A stretch of 64,000 bases of DNA, taken from assembly GCA_032027125.1 (NCBI GenBank), contig JAVSMQ010000001.1, forward strand, positions 3,241,620-3,305,619, given 5' to 3'. The notes under the pieces were generated by a model. It searched no databases, was not told the origin of the DNA, and saw only the letters and a program-made list of their open reading frames with translations. How positions within the stretch are numbered: position 1 is the stretch's first letter; each line of letters begins with the position of its first letter. The DNA comes from Candidatus Kapaibacterium sp. Its GTDB lineage: Bacteria; Bacteroidota; Ignavibacteria; Kapaibacteriales; UBA2268. The translations under genes and the position numbers were made by a program. Shown here piece by piece: positions 42,056 to 53,300 of the stretch.

Positions 42056-42567
42056 ATATATCAAATTCATTAAGCTTATTAAGAATAATTTTAACTGCAC
42101 CGGTTGCTTATCTGATTTATACAGGTGATTTAAATTTAGCAATTATCATTGGAATTATAGCCGGTATAACTGATTTTCTCGATGGATTTTTAGCCAGGAA
42201 ACTAAATCAAATTACTGAGCTCGGGAAAATTCTCGACCCTGTTGCAGACAAAATATTTGTTGCCGTAATAGCCTTAGTAATGATTTTAGTTGATTTAATG
42301 CCGTTATGGTTTTTTCTTGTTGTAATTGCAAGAGATATTTTGATACTTCTGGGAGGATTATATTTATCCCAAAAATATAATCTGATTTTGGCATCAAATT
42401 TCGAAGGAAAAGCAACATTTATGCTAATTATACTTACAATACTCGGAGTGCTTCTCGGTGTGCAGGATGTTGGTTTCTACGGCTATTATCTGTGTCTTGC
42501 AGCATTGATATATTCATTCGGTACATATCTAATCAGGATGATTGAGGTGCTGAGAGAGAGGAAGTGA
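42052..42567 (+). CDS. CDP-alcohol phosphatidyltransferase family protein
   Basis: D-x2-D-G-x2-A-R…G-x3-D-x3-D motif (DFLDGFLARK…GKILDPVADK). Membrane protein. Confidence 0.7.
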   Translation: MNISNSLSLLRIILTAPVAYLIYTGDLNLAIIIGIIAGITDFLDGFLARKLNQITELGKILDPVADKIFVAVIALVMILVDLMPLWFFLVVIARDILILLGGLYLSQKYNLILASNFEGKATFMLIILTILGVLLGVQDVGFYGYYLCLAALIYSFGTYLIRMIEVLRERK

Positions 42568-42583
42568 TGATTTGTTTGAATGA

Positions 42584-43186
42584 TTATCTTGACACATTAT
42601 TAATATCTATGAAACAATTTTCCAACTCTATCATTGCGTTAATAAGTATAACTCTTTTGAAATCAACCAAATCATCAACTAATATTTCTAATGGTTCGAT
42701 TCTTTTCTCACGCAATAATTGTTCTCTTTTCGTTCCCCTGAGCAACGGATTTGCGGGAGTGTAGAGTTTATTCCCGTCATCTAAAACAACATTACAGTAT
42801 GAAGTATCGGTGATTAAACCATTTCGGACTATCAATATTTCATCACATTCGCCGCGGGCTGAAAATAGTCTGTTAATGGCAGTTCTTTCCAAATATTTGA
42901 AATCATATTTCAGATTGTCAGCCTGTACAATTTTCAAAGTTTTAGTTTCATAAATTTTATAAGACAGAAATTCATATTTTTCAATTTTATCCGAATATAT
43001 AATTCTTAATTTATATAGTCCCTGTCCGTACATTGGAAAGATTATTATTTCGCTTAGATCAATTTTAGTATTTGGATAAAATTCGGATAAAGTTCTGTTA
43101 ACCCGCTCCTGATGCAGAGCGAGGTTATATATAATTCCGTTAAATACTTTTATTGATTCAATAAATAGGTACATATACCTTGTCAA
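42584..43186 (-). CDS. class-IV aminotransferase-fold protein, probable aminodeoxychorismate lyase
   Basis: Class-IV fold similarity (…RNGLITDTSYCNVV…). Overlaps a PabB-like gene. Confidence 0.55.
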   Translation of the reverse strand: MTRYMYLFIESIKVFNGIIYNLALHQERVNRTLSEFYPNTKIDLSEIIIFPMYGQGLYKLRIIYSDKIEKYEFLSYKIYETKTLKIVQADNLKYDFKYLERTAINRLFSARGECDEILIVRNGLITDTSYCNVVLDDGNKLYTPANPLLRGTKREQLLREKRIEPLEILVDDLVDFKRVILINAMIELENCFIDINNVSR

Positions 43187-44168
43187 TTAGTTCCTGATAT
43201 TCAGAATTTACTTCACTCATAGACGTAATTCCTCCACCGCTCTTGAATTCGTATCCATCATTGGTTTTTTCTATAAATCTTATTATAACAGCACTATCAA
43301 GATTTTCTCCGTCAAAAGCCCCGAAAACACCAGAATAAAAACCTCTTTCGTAACCTTCTGCTTCTTTGATTATTTCGACGGTTTTTTTCTTCGGTGCACC
43401 GGTAACCGAGCCTGCAGGCAGAAGTTTGTCAAATATATTGCCGAGATTTTCATTATAATTTCCGGGTAAATCACCGCATATTTCAGAACTGATTTGTATC
43501 AACCGTTTATTGCTGGTTTGCAGAAAATCAGCATAACGAAACTTATTTACACGAACATTCTTTGAAACAATCGAAAGGTCGTTTCGGATTAAATCCACTA
43601 TTGTATTATGCTCTGCAAACTCTTTTTCATCATTTAGAATAATATTCAATGCATCGGGTATGTCAGCATCTATTGTACCTTTCATCGGATATGAAGATAT
43701 TTTGCCGTCCCGGATTTTCACAAAAATCTCAGGTGAAAAACAGACAAAATTATCTTTCACAAAAATCTTATATTTAGCTATACTGTGATAAAAGATTTCC
43801 TCAAGTGTAAGATTCAATTCAATTTTTGTTGGAAAAGTTAAATTGAGAAGATAAGAATTGCCGTTAATGATATTATCCTGAACGTATTTAAATGCACTGG
43901 AATATTTTTCAAATGTTACCGGATGTTTTTCAAGTTTAAAATCCGGTATTTCGATTTTGCTTTCTTCAAAATTTTTGGCATCTTCTGTCTGAAATAGTAT
44001 TTCCGAACTATTGATTTCTGTTAAAAGGATAATAATCGGATTTGCAAAATCAAAATCAATAATAAATAAAAAAGGCAGTTTGAGGCTGCCGAATTTGTTC
44101 ATTGTTTGTATGAATTCTGATTTTGTCAATTGTGGTGCTAAATTTTTAGTCAATTCTTTTAGAAGCAT
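43158..44168 (-). CDS. chorismate-binding enzyme (aminodeoxychorismate synthase component I-like)
   Basis: C-terminal chorismate-binding signature …GSVTGAPKKKT…GFYSGVFG. Confidence 0.75.
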   Translation of the reverse strand: MLLKELTKNLAPQLTKSEFIQTMNKFGSLKLPFLFIIDFDFANPIIILLTEINSSEILFQTEDAKNFEESKIEIPDFKLEKHPVTFEKYSSAFKYVQDNIINGNSYLLNLTFPTKIELNLTLEEIFYHSIAKYKIFVKDNFVCFSPEIFVKIRDGKISSYPMKGTIDADIPDALNIILNDEKEFAEHNTIVDLIRNDLSIVSKNVRVNKFRYADFLQTSNKRLIQISSEICGDLPGNYNENLGNIFDKLLPAGSVTGAPKKKTVEIIKEAEGYERGFYSGVFGAFDGENLDSAVIIRFIEKTNDGYEFKSGGGITSMSEVNSEYQELIDKVYVPIY

Positions 44169-44391
44169 CTAAAAGTGTGATTCCAACTAATTCGTCATCT
44201 CTATATCTTAATAATACTCCATCTTTCAACATTTCAGAATCTGATGCTTGCTGCGGTTTTTTATAATTTATATATAAAACATCTGCATCTTTATCATAAT
44301 CTAACCAAAATTTCTTAGTCTGCATTTTTAATAAATGAGGCAACATACCGTAAAATTCGTTAATTGTATTTGTTATTGTTGAGCTTTCCAT
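44146..44391 (-). CDS. DUF2283 family protein (putative antitoxin)
   Basis: 81 aa. …LDYDKDADVLYINYK…VGITLLDASKR matches the DUF2283 pattern. Confidence 0.6.
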   Translation of the reverse strand: MESSTITNTINEFYGMLPHLLKMQTKKFWLDYDKDADVLYINYKKPQQASDSEMLKDGVLLRYRDDELVGITLLDASKRID

Positions 44392-44681
44392 AAAATTTCC
44401 TCATTTTCAATTTTAAGTTTACTTGTAAAATATGCAGTAATTACAAAACCATCTTCCTCTGAAAGTTCTTTATAAACTACTGACATATATTTTTTATCAC
44501 GAATTTCTCTTAATGCTATTTTAGCTTCCCCATATCCTCTTATAACAAAATCAGGAAATTCCAATGTATCAATAATATCATCATAATAGCCGGATAAATC
44601 ATCGTGGTTTTCAACAATATGAAACCATCGTTCTTCCGTCATTCTTATTGGTACTTTATTTACAGAGTTAATAGTTTTCAA
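44373..44681 (-). CDS. DUF4258 family protein (putative toxin)
   Basis: 102 aa. …VITAYFTSK C-terminal block typical of DUF4258. Overlaps its DUF2283 partner by 19 bp. Confidence 0.6.
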   Translation of the reverse strand: MKTINSVNKVPIRMTEERWFHIVENHDDLSGYYDDIIDTLEFPDFVIRGYGEAKIALREIRDKKYMSVVYKELSEEDGFVITAYFTSKLKIENEEILWKAQQ

Positions 44682-44758
44682 ATATTTTTACTTCAATTTT
44701 AGTAGCTAATAGTGATTTAATCTTGATTTAAAAATAACAAAATTCTATAATTGAAAAA

Positions 44759-45913
44759 CTACTGTTCCGGCTGAAATGCGTGAATCTCTTTCAGCAACTC
44801 AGAAACAATATCCGCTTCAGGTACATAACGGAGCGGTACGCCCTTTCTAAACAACAAGCCCTTGCCTTTCGCGGCTGCAACGCCTAAATCGGCTTCACGG
44901 GCTTCTCCGGGACCGTTTACGGCACACCCGAGTATTGATACTGTCATTGGCTTTTTAATATCTTTAACTGCTTCTTCAATCTGTTCGGTTATTTTGAATA
45001 AATCAACATCGAGCCGTCCGCAGGTAGGGCAGGAGATGATTTCGACATTACGCTGGGCATATCCGAGTGTACGTAAAATTTCTTTACCGACTTCGACCTC
45101 TCTTTCGGGTTCATCCGTAAGCGAAACTCTGATTGTATCGCCAATTCCTTCAGCAAGTAATGTTCCGATACCTATAGCCGATTTGATTGTGCCTACGCGT
45201 ATTCTTCCTGCTTCTGTAACACCGAGGTGGAGGGGAAAATCTGTACGTTCGGCAATTAATCTGTAAGCTTCAATCATCAGTGGAACAGATGTTGACTTTA
45301 CGGAAATAATCAAGTCTTCAAAACCGAATTCCTGTGAAATACGGACGTGCTTCATTGCCGATTCATAAAGAGCCTCGGCGGTAGGATAACCATATTTATC
45401 CAAAATTTCCTGGTCAAGCGAACCGGAATTTACACCGATTCTTATCGGAATACCGCGCTGCTTGGCTGCCATCAGTACTTTTTGCACTCTCTCAACTTTA
45501 CCTATATTGCCCGGATTAATCCTGACTTTTGCAACACCTGCTTCAATAGCCTTCAGGGCAAATGTATAGTTAAAATGAATGTCTGCTACTATCGGCACAT
45601 CTACCATTCTTACTATATCGGCAATTGCCTCGGATGCATCTTTGTTATTAACGGTTACTCTGACAATATCCACACCGGCTTCCTGACATCTTCTGATTTG
45701 TGCAACAGTTGCTGCAACGTCAGAAGTTTTGGTTTTTGTCATTGTCTGAACGGAAATCGGCGAACCTCCGCCAACCGGAATTCCGCCAATCATTATTTTC
45801 CTTGATGTCCTTCTCTGATATCTGCCGGCGGATTGAATAACGTTTCCGTTTTTATGATGTGCACCCGGACTTCCGACCACAGTCAATCCAAGCTCTTCGT
45901 TAATTAATTCCAT
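44759..45913 (-). CDS. ispG: 4-hydroxy-3-methylbut-2-en-1-yl diphosphate synthase
   Basis: Full-length GcpE similarity. 4Fe-4S ligand cysteines (SCPTCGR…GCAVNGPGE). Confidence 0.95.
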   Translation of the reverse strand: MELINEELGLTVVGSPGAHHKNGNVIQSAGRYQRRTSRKIMIGGIPVGGGSPISVQTMTKTKTSDVAATVAQIRRCQEAGVDIVRVTVNNKDASEAIADIVRMVDVPIVADIHFNYTFALKAIEAGVAKVRINPGNIGKVERVQKVLMAAKQRGIPIRIGVNSGSLDQEILDKYGYPTAEALYESAMKHVRISQEFGFEDLIISVKSTSVPLMIEAYRLIAERTDFPLHLGVTEAGRIRVGTIKSAIGIGTLLAEGIGDTIRVSLTDEPEREVEVGKEILRTLGYAQRNVEIISCPTCGRLDVDLFKITEQIEEAVKDIKKPMTVSILGCAVNGPGEAREADLGVAAAKGKGLLFRKGVPLRYVPEADIVSELLKEIHAFQPEQ

Positions 45914-45943
45914 TAATATTTCAAAATTAATCTGATAAAAAAG

Positions 45944-46924
45944 TTAAAGTGTTTTGCTCAATTGCGTTAATATATGTTTTTCTCTTTCAGTGAGATTTTG
46001 ATAACCGGATGCAGAAATTTTATCTAAAATTGTATCTATCTTCATCTGAGTAATTTCTTCGCCGTCAATTATATATTTTTTTTGATTTGATTCAATACTA
46101 ATTGCCGGTGCAGGTACTTCTTTTACTGTTTTCCATGACATTTGAAAAACGGGTGCTGCCTTTGGTTTTGAATAAGTATTTGAATAATCTCCTGATGTTT
46201 CCGTACCGTAACTGTTGTCATATACCTGACCGCCTGAAAGCCATCCGACTAATTTTTCAAATCCGACCTGCTTACCATACTTAAGCAGTATAAAACCTGT
46301 CAGCGCGCCGCCGAGATGTGCAAAATGTGCAACTCCGCTTGAACCGCTTACACCGTTTATTAGCTCAATACCTGCAAAAATCATAACGAAGTATTTTGCA
46401 GGAATGGGTATAAAAAGAGGGAACATAAATATCTGACGGTTGGGATATGTCATTCCAAATGCCAGCAGCAGTCCATATACAGCACCTGATGCACCAATCG
46501 CAGGAAGTACTTTTCCACCGATAAGAGGCATAACCGCCATGTGAATTATTGCAGCTCCGATACCGGCTAAAATATAATAAAGAAAAAATCTTTTTGGTCC
46601 CCATTTAATCTCAAGTTCACTGCCAAACATCCATAAAGCAAACATATTCATAAATAAATGCCAAAAGTCTGCATGCATAAACTGATATGTTATTAATTGC
46701 CATGGATAAAATTGATAATCGCCTGCTGAAAAAGATAAGTTATTCAAATTAATCTGCCACAAAGCAAAATATTGAATTACTTTGTCTATTAGAGGGACTC
46801 CGTTAAAAGTTAATGTACCGATAAAAAAATGCTGTATTAAAAATACTGCTATGTTTGCTATTAACAAACTTTTAATGACTGGGGGGAACATTCCTGAACC
46901 CTTTATATTACCAAATCCGCTCAT
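45944..46924 (-). CDS. rhomboid-family intramembrane serine protease with C-terminal extension
   Basis: GASGAVYGLL (GxSG) and AHxxGxxxG (AHLGGALTG) in TM helices. About 100-aa soluble C-terminal tail. Confidence 0.8.
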   Translation of the reverse strand: MSGFGNIKGSGMFPPVIKSLLIANIAVFLIQHFFIGTLTFNGVPLIDKVIQYFALWQINLNNLSFSAGDYQFYPWQLITYQFMHADFWHLFMNMFALWMFGSELEIKWGPKRFFLYYILAGIGAAIIHMAVMPLIGGKVLPAIGASGAVYGLLLAFGMTYPNRQIFMFPLFIPIPAKYFVMIFAGIELINGVSGSSGVAHFAHLGGALTGFILLKYGKQVGFEKLVGWLSGGQVYDNSYGTETSGDYSNTYSKPKAAPVFQMSWKTVKEVPAPAISIESNQKKYIIDGEEITQMKIDTILDKISASGYQNLTEREKHILTQLSKTL

Positions 46925-46997
46925 AATCTACTTATATCCTGAAATTTTTCTTGATAGACGTTGAAATTATGTTTGAATTGCTTTTGATGGTATTTCT

Positions 46998-47441
46998 CTA
47001 ATTGAGATTGATATTCTCAAATTTATTACTTTCAATCAAATTGATTGTATGTGTCCGGTATGATACCCAGTAATATATGAAATCTTTCCAAGCCTGTCTT
47101 AATCTCTCGGGGTCTTCCTCACAGAAATGAAGTGCCACCTGAGTATTATGAAGTGAATATATCAATTCATCCTTGATATTTCTCCCGTTGAGTTTTCCCG
47201 TAATGATATAAGGAAAGACTGCAATCAATTTATGATAACCATCAATCAAGCATTGAATAGATGAATGAATATTGTTGTCATACAGTCCGTAATCAATAAA
47301 AAAATCAATCAGCTTCTTTGTGGCAGGGATTGTTGATTCAAGATAATTCATACTAAACATCATTAATTCTTTCTTTTGCAAAGAAAAATTAAAACAAAAC
47401 TGGACATTTTGAGTGAATATATTTTTTAGATTTTTATACAA
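46998..47441 (-). CDS. hypothetical protein
   Basis: No recognisable motif. True start may be the internal MMFSMNY. Confidence 0.3.
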   Translation of the reverse strand: MYKNLKNIFTQNVQFCFNFSLQKKELMMFSMNYLESTIPATKKLIDFFIDYGLYDNNIHSSIQCLIDGYHKLIAVFPYIITGKLNGRNIKDELIYSLHNTQVALHFCEEDPERLRQAWKDFIYYWVSYRTHTINLIESNKFENINLN

Positions 47442-47795
47442 TTATACACTATAATTTTTTTCGGTTGATAAAAATAATTTCAACACTATTTAAAAATAAA
47501 GAACTTACAATATTTTTGTCTTATATGTTCGGACTATTTGAACTTTAAGTTCATCTTTCCAAATCTCTATTTGCTGCCAAATTGATATACATAAATCACA
47601 AAACAAAAGTAATAAATTTTATCTAAATATAATCATAAAAAAAAAATATTTCTGATAAATTAATTATTTTGTTGAAAATTGTAATATTTTTCCAAAATGA
47701 GCGATAAAAAATTATACGTGATTTTGATAAATTATTCAATAGTGACGATAAGTCTGTTTATCATTTTATTACCATGTTTCCACTTTAAATAAAAT

Positions 47796-48521
47796 TTACA
47801 CATCACAATACCTGCCGTTTTCAGCCAGCCAGTTAATATTTTTTTTATAATCAGGGACAATCTTTTCGACTATAGCCCAGAATTTGTCGGAGTGATTATG
47901 TTCGACAGTGTGGGCAAGTTCATGAATTATCACATAATCAATTACTTCAGGCGGAGCCATAACCAATCTCCATGCAAGATTAATCGTTCCGCTGCTTGAG
48001 CACGACCCCCATCTCCCTTTAGCAGGTGATATTTTTACATTTCTGATTTTGAAATCGTGCTTTTTGGCAAGTTCAAAAATGCGGTGTGCAAGATGATTCC
48101 ATGCTAGATTTTTATATAATGCGGAAATATAATTGGCTGCATCATTGCGGCAGGTCTCAGTAAGATAAAATGTACCGTTTTCATATTGAACGGCATGAGG
48201 AGAATCATTTACAATTTTAAGCTCCCGCTGAATTCCGAGATAAAGAAATTTTTCTCCTTCTGTATAAGTCCTTTCCGGCAGTTTGGCAGAGATAACCTTC
48301 AGTTTACTTTTTATTATCCAGTCTCTTTTCGACTCGACAAACCTGTTAATCTCTGATATTTGGGCATAATGCGGTGCCTTGATTACAACTTTTGCGTCCT
48401 TGTTGATTAACAGAGAAAGTCTTTTGCCTTTAACTCTTTGCAGTTCATCAACAATAGAATCTATTTTAATTGTTTTTATTGACATTTTAAAATCATATTT
48501 TTGTAAATCGTATATGTACAA
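47796..48521 (-). CDS. YgjP/DUF45-family zinc metallopeptidase-like protein (SprT/WLM-like)
   Basis: HELAH zinc motif followed by H-x2-FW (…YVIIHELAHTVEHNHSDKFW…). Confidence 0.75.
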   Translation of the reverse strand: MYIYDLQKYDFKMSIKTIKIDSIVDELQRVKGKRLSLLINKDAKVVIKAPHYAQISEINRFVESKRDWIIKSKLKVISAKLPERTYTEGEKFLYLGIQRELKIVNDSPHAVQYENGTFYLTETCRNDAANYISALYKNLAWNHLAHRIFELAKKHDFKIRNVKISPAKGRWGSCSSSGTINLAWRLVMAPPEVIDYVIIHELAHTVEHNHSDKFWAIVEKIVPDYKKNINWLAENGRYCDV

Positions 48522-48578
48522 ACATAAATGATTTTTTTCATTTAGATATTAGAAATTAATTTTTAGAAGCAGGTATTC

Positions 48579-49850
48579 TTGACAGAAAGTACAGAATTTA
48601 TCGAAAAAGCAGTAATCATCTCAGTTATAAGAAAAGGTTCGGATCGTGCAATCAGCGATGAGCATTTGGATGAACTGGAGTTTTTGGTACAGACCGCAGG
48701 TGCAGAGATTATAGAGCGGTTCGTTCAGGAGCTTGCAAAGCCCAATTCTTCTACATTGGTAGGGTCGGGTAAAGCTGAGGAGATTAAGGAGTACATCAAA
48801 GAAAACTCAGCTAATCTTGCAATCTTTGATGATGATTTATCACCTGTTCAGGTAAGAAATCTTGAAAAAATACTCGAAGTGAAGGTTATTGACCGCAGCG
48901 GTTTAATCCTTGATATCTTTGCAAAACATGCACGTACCAACGAAGCTAAAACTCAGGTTGAGCTTGCCCAGCTTCAATATGTTATGCCCCGTCTAACGAG
49001 AATGTGGACTCACTTATCCAAACAGTTCGGCGGTATCGGCACTAAAGGTCCCGGCGAAACCCAGATAGAGACAGACAGAAGGGCAATCAAGCAAAGGATT
49101 CAGATGCTCAAGGAGAAACTTGACGACATCACAAGAAATAAGGAAGTCCAACGAAAGAACAGGTCATCATTTCCGAGATTTTCGCTCGTCGGATATACAA
49201 ATGCCGGCAAATCAACATTGATGAACGTGCTGACAGATGCAGGAGTTTATGTCGAGAACAAACTTTTTGCAACACTCGACACAACCGTCCGTCAGTTTAC
49301 TATGCCTGCCGGTATGTCTGCTCTTCTTTCCGATACTGTAGGTTTCATCCGTAAACTGCCAACCCATTTGATTGCATCATTCAGAAGCACACTTGCCGAA
49401 GCAGCCGAGGCTGATGTAATAGTTCATGTTGTAGATGTTTCTCACCCTTTTTTCAGAGACCAGATTAAAGTGGTTGAGGAAACTCTTGAATCTTTGAAAA
49501 TAAAAAATAAACCGACAATTCTGGTGTTAAACAAGATTGATTTGATTGAGGATTATATCGGTATTAATGCTATTAAGCAGGAGTTTGACAAAAGTATTTT
49601 CGTCTCTGCCAAACGTCATATCAACATTCAGGCTCTTCTCGAAAAGTTTCAGGATGTTTACAACGAACAAAGCAAAGAAATAAAGTTTATTCTGCCCTAC
49701 AATAGAATGGATATGATAGCCATGCTATATAAATGTGCTGAAATAATAACAAAAAATGAGGGTGATGACGGAATTGAATTCTCTGTCCGCGTTCAGCCCG
49801 ATGATTTAGATTTTTTCAACAATAAATTTGGCGGATTTATAAAAAAATAG
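48579..49850 (+). CDS. hflX: GTPase HflX
   Basis: HflX N-domain plus G-domain (GYTNAGKSTL, DTVGF, NKID). Confidence 0.9.
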   Translation: MTESTEFIEKAVIISVIRKGSDRAISDEHLDELEFLVQTAGAEIIERFVQELAKPNSSTLVGSGKAEEIKEYIKENSANLAIFDDDLSPVQVRNLEKILEVKVIDRSGLILDIFAKHARTNEAKTQVELAQLQYVMPRLTRMWTHLSKQFGGIGTKGPGETQIETDRRAIKQRIQMLKEKLDDITRNKEVQRKNRSSFPRFSLVGYTNAGKSTLMNVLTDAGVYVENKLFATLDTTVRQFTMPAGMSALLSDTVGFIRKLPTHLIASFRSTLAEAAEADVIVHVVDVSHPFFRDQIKVVEETLESLKIKNKPTILVLNKIDLIEDYIGINAIKQEFDKSIFVSAKRHINIQALLEKFQDVYNEQSKEIKFILPYNRMDMIAMLYKCAEIITKNEGDDGIEFSVRVQPDDLDFFNNKFGGFIKK

Positions 49851-49924
49851 ATTGAAAAATTTGGATAAATAATTAGATATTTTAAATTTATAAAAAATTG
49901 AATGAATGAATTCTGCATACAATA

Positions 49925-50020
49925 ACACACCCCCTAACCCCCTCTTATTAGAGGGGGAACTAAGATTATATATATCAATGGCTTATTCCCCCTCTATCAA
50001 GAGGGGGTTAGGGGGTGTGT
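49925..50020. repeat. GC-rich nested palindromic element, copy 1 (33-bp inverted arms, each arm an 8-bp-stem hairpin)
   Basis: Left arm ACACACCCCCTAACCCCCTCTTATTAGAGGGGG (49925-49957). Right arm CCCCCTCTATCAAGAGGGGGTTAGGGGGTGTGT (49988-50020). The right arm is the reverse complement of the left except for the 4-nt loop. 30-bp AT-rich spacer. Confidence 0.85.
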
Positions 50021-50196
50021 AGTGAATTCAAGCAAAAACTCACTGAATAAGAACTTTTTCCAATTGACATTATACGCCGACGGGGGATTAAAGGGGTGGA
50101 TTTTTTGATTTCCACAATATTATTATTTTGCAATGAACAATAGAGAATTTTTAGATTTTGTTTTTTTAAGAGATACATGAAGATTACCTGAATTAA

Positions 50197-50230
50197 AACC
50201 CCACCCCCTGCCCCCGCCAGCGGGGGACAA
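50197..50230. repeat. solo/half copy of the GC-rich element (CCCCACCCCC…CCCCCGCcagCGGGGG hairpin)
   Basis: AACCCCACCCCCTGCCCCCGCCAGCGGGGGACAA shares the CCCCACCCC lead and an internal 6-7-bp GC hairpin with the arm of the 62886 copy. Confidence 0.6.
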
Positions 50231-50354
50231 TTAGTCACCTGAAAAACTGTCTGCCTTGATTTTTTTCAGAGGAACAAATCTAAAAGTGCGGTCTGATAAG
50301 ATGGATTTTAGTTAGATATCAATTATTGAAAGTTTTGACATAATTTCGAATTAA

Positions 50355-53300
50355 ATGAATAAGCAACTTAAAAATATAGAAAAATTACTCAAGCAAAGCG
50401 AATCTTTTAAAAATATAATAAGCCGTCTCGAAACCGAGAGCGAAGTGCGGATAAGAGATGCTGCTGGTTCTCTGCTGAGTTTGATGATTACATCAATAAG
50501 CGAAACAACAAACCGTAAAACAGTTTTTGTATCGAATAATATTGATAAATTAGATGATATTTATCATGATATAAAACTGATTGGTTTTGAAAGTCCGCTC
50601 AATTTGGTTAAAGAGCCGCAAGCAACTTTAAGAAGCAGGGTTAACAACACAGGCAGCGCCCTTGACTGGCTGATTGAGGGATTGATGTCTTTCAGCAGGA
50701 GTGAGTCAGGAATTTTACTCTGCCAACCTGACATATTTCAATATCAAATTCCAAGCAATGAAATTGTCGAAGGGCATTACAAAAAGATTGAAAAAGGGCA
50801 GACTTTTGATTTTGATTCGTTTATAAAAGAGTTGATTCTAAACGGGTTCGAGAGAATGGATTACGTTTCGGGTCAGGGACAAATTGCTGTTCGGGGCGGT
50901 ATAGTTGACTTGTTTCCAATAGGCTGGGATAATCCTGTCAGAATTGAATTCTGGGGAAATGACATTGAATCATTAAGGGAATTTGAAGTAATTTCGCAGC
51001 GAAGCATTCGTGAATTTGACAGCATTGAGTATCTTGACAGTATGTTCAGCGATGGACCTGATAATGAAGATTCCGATAAAAGTGCAATTGATTTCATTGG
51101 TGACGATATTCTGCTGATGATTGACGAAACTGTTGATACGGAGGAGCTTAATAATATTATAACGGGACATGATTTCAAGAAAATATTCTTAAGTCCTGTA
51201 GGAAGTTATAATCTTGGAATTAAATCTTTCAGACAGCCGCAATTTGCGAGTTCGATAAAATTCTTTATAAGTGAAATGAACAAGTTTGCTGTTGAAAATT
51301 ATAAAATATTTCTTGCCTGCGAAGGACATATTCATCTTGACAGATTCAAAAACCTTGTTTACAGTACTTTAGACGACCAAATTGAGAACGCCGAATCAGA
51401 TAATTATTTGAGTCCGAAAGTTCGTGAAAAGCTGCTTATCTGGGACACTGTGTCTTTATCACGGGGATTTTTCAGCGAAGAGCTCAAAGTTGCCTATTAT
51501 ACCGAGCATGAGGTATTTGAAAGACACAGAATTTATGATACTCAGCAAAAAAAGAAAAGCAAAGGATTAACTATTAAGGAATTGCAGGACCTGAGAATCG
51601 GTGACTATGTTGTTCACGAAGATAAAGGCATTGGCATATTCGACGGTTTCCAAACTATTACAATCGCTGATTCAAAACAAGACTGCGCCCGGGTAAGGTT
51701 TGCTGACGGAGATATGCTGTATGTTCATTTGAATTATATCGGCAAATTAAGTAAATACTCTGCTCAGGAAGGTTCGGCTCCGGTACTTACAAAACTCGGT
51801 TCCGGAGAATGGCTCAGACGAAGGGCAAAAACAAAGAAACGTCTGAAAGATATAGCCCGCGATTTGATAAAACTCTATGCAGAACGCAAAGCTCAGAGAG
51901 GATTTGCTTTTCCGGCAGATACAATCTGGCAGAAGGAATTTGAAGCTGCTTTCATTTATGAAGATACACCCGACCAGGTCTCCTCAACCGAAGATGTCAA
52001 ATCAGATATGGAAAGTATTTCTCCGATGGACAGGCTTGTATGCGGTGATGTAGGATTCGGCAAGACTGAAGTTGCAATAAGGGCTGCATTCAAAGCTGTT
52101 CAGGCTGGCAAACAGGTGGCGGTGCTTGTGCCGACTACGATTCTTGCCCAGCAGCACTATATGTCATTCAAAGACAGATTAAGCAAGTATCCGGTTAATA
52201 TTGATGTAATTTCCAGATTCCGTTCTAAAAAAGAGCAGTCGCAGATTACCGAGAAATTGCAACGAGCCGGAATTGATATTTTAATCGGCACTCATAGAAT
52301 TTTAAGCAAAGATATAATATTTAAAAATCTTGGTCTGCTTGTGGTTGATGAAGAACACAGATTTGGAGTCAGCCATAAAGAAAAACTCCGTCAGATGAAA
52401 GCAAATGTTGATACCTTGACTATGACTGCAACACCTATACCGCGAACACTGAACTTTTCGCTTATGGGAGCGCGCGATTTGAGTCTTATCGAGACTCCAC
52501 CGAGAAACAGAATACCAGTATTAACAGAAATTCTTGAGTGGGATAATAATGCTATCGTTCAGGCGATTAACAGCGAAATTGAACGAGGCGGACAGGTATT
52601 TTTCGTAAGTGACAGAATTGATGATATTGAAAAGATTGCCGCCGAAATGAAGACACTGCTGCCGCATCTTAACTTTGCAGTAGGTCACGGGCAGATGAGA
52701 CCATCCGAACTTGAAGACATTATGGAAAAATTCATCGAAGGCAAGTATGATGTACTTGTGGCTACCAAAATAATCGAGTCGGGTATTGATATACCAAATG
52801 CAAATACTATTCTGATTAACCGAGCCCACAATTTCGGACTGGCAGAGTTATACCAGCTTAGAGGCAGAGTAGGACGCTCTAATGTACAGGCATACTGCTA
52901 TCTGCTTATTCCGCCTGCTCATAAACTGCCGCAGAAATCAATTCAAAGGCTGCAGGCAATCGAGGAATTTTCCGAACTTGGCAGCGGATTTAAACTCTCT
53001 ATGCGTGATATGGAAATTCGCGGTGCAGGAAATTTACTGGGTGCTGAACAAAGCGGATTTATCATTGATATCGGATTTGAATTATATCAAAAAGTATTGG
53101 GCGAAGCAGTTAACGAACTCAAAACAGGTGAATTTGCAGATATTTTCGGGGATGCTGAAGTTGATGACAAACCCAAATATCTTAATGAAGAAATTGTGAT
53201 TGAAATTGATGAAGATGCTCTTTTTCCGGCAGATTATATCAGCGGCGATACAGAAAGATTTATGTATTACAAAAAACTATATACTCTCAATGATAATTTT

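Noticed and set aside
50096-50115. Additional degenerate G-tract (CGGGGGATTAAAGGGGTGGA…TCCAC) as a third full copy of the GC-rich element
   Set aside because: Only a loose resemblance (G-runs plus a 5-bp hairpin). It lacks the mirrored-arm structure, so it is mentioned only as possible debris of the same element family.
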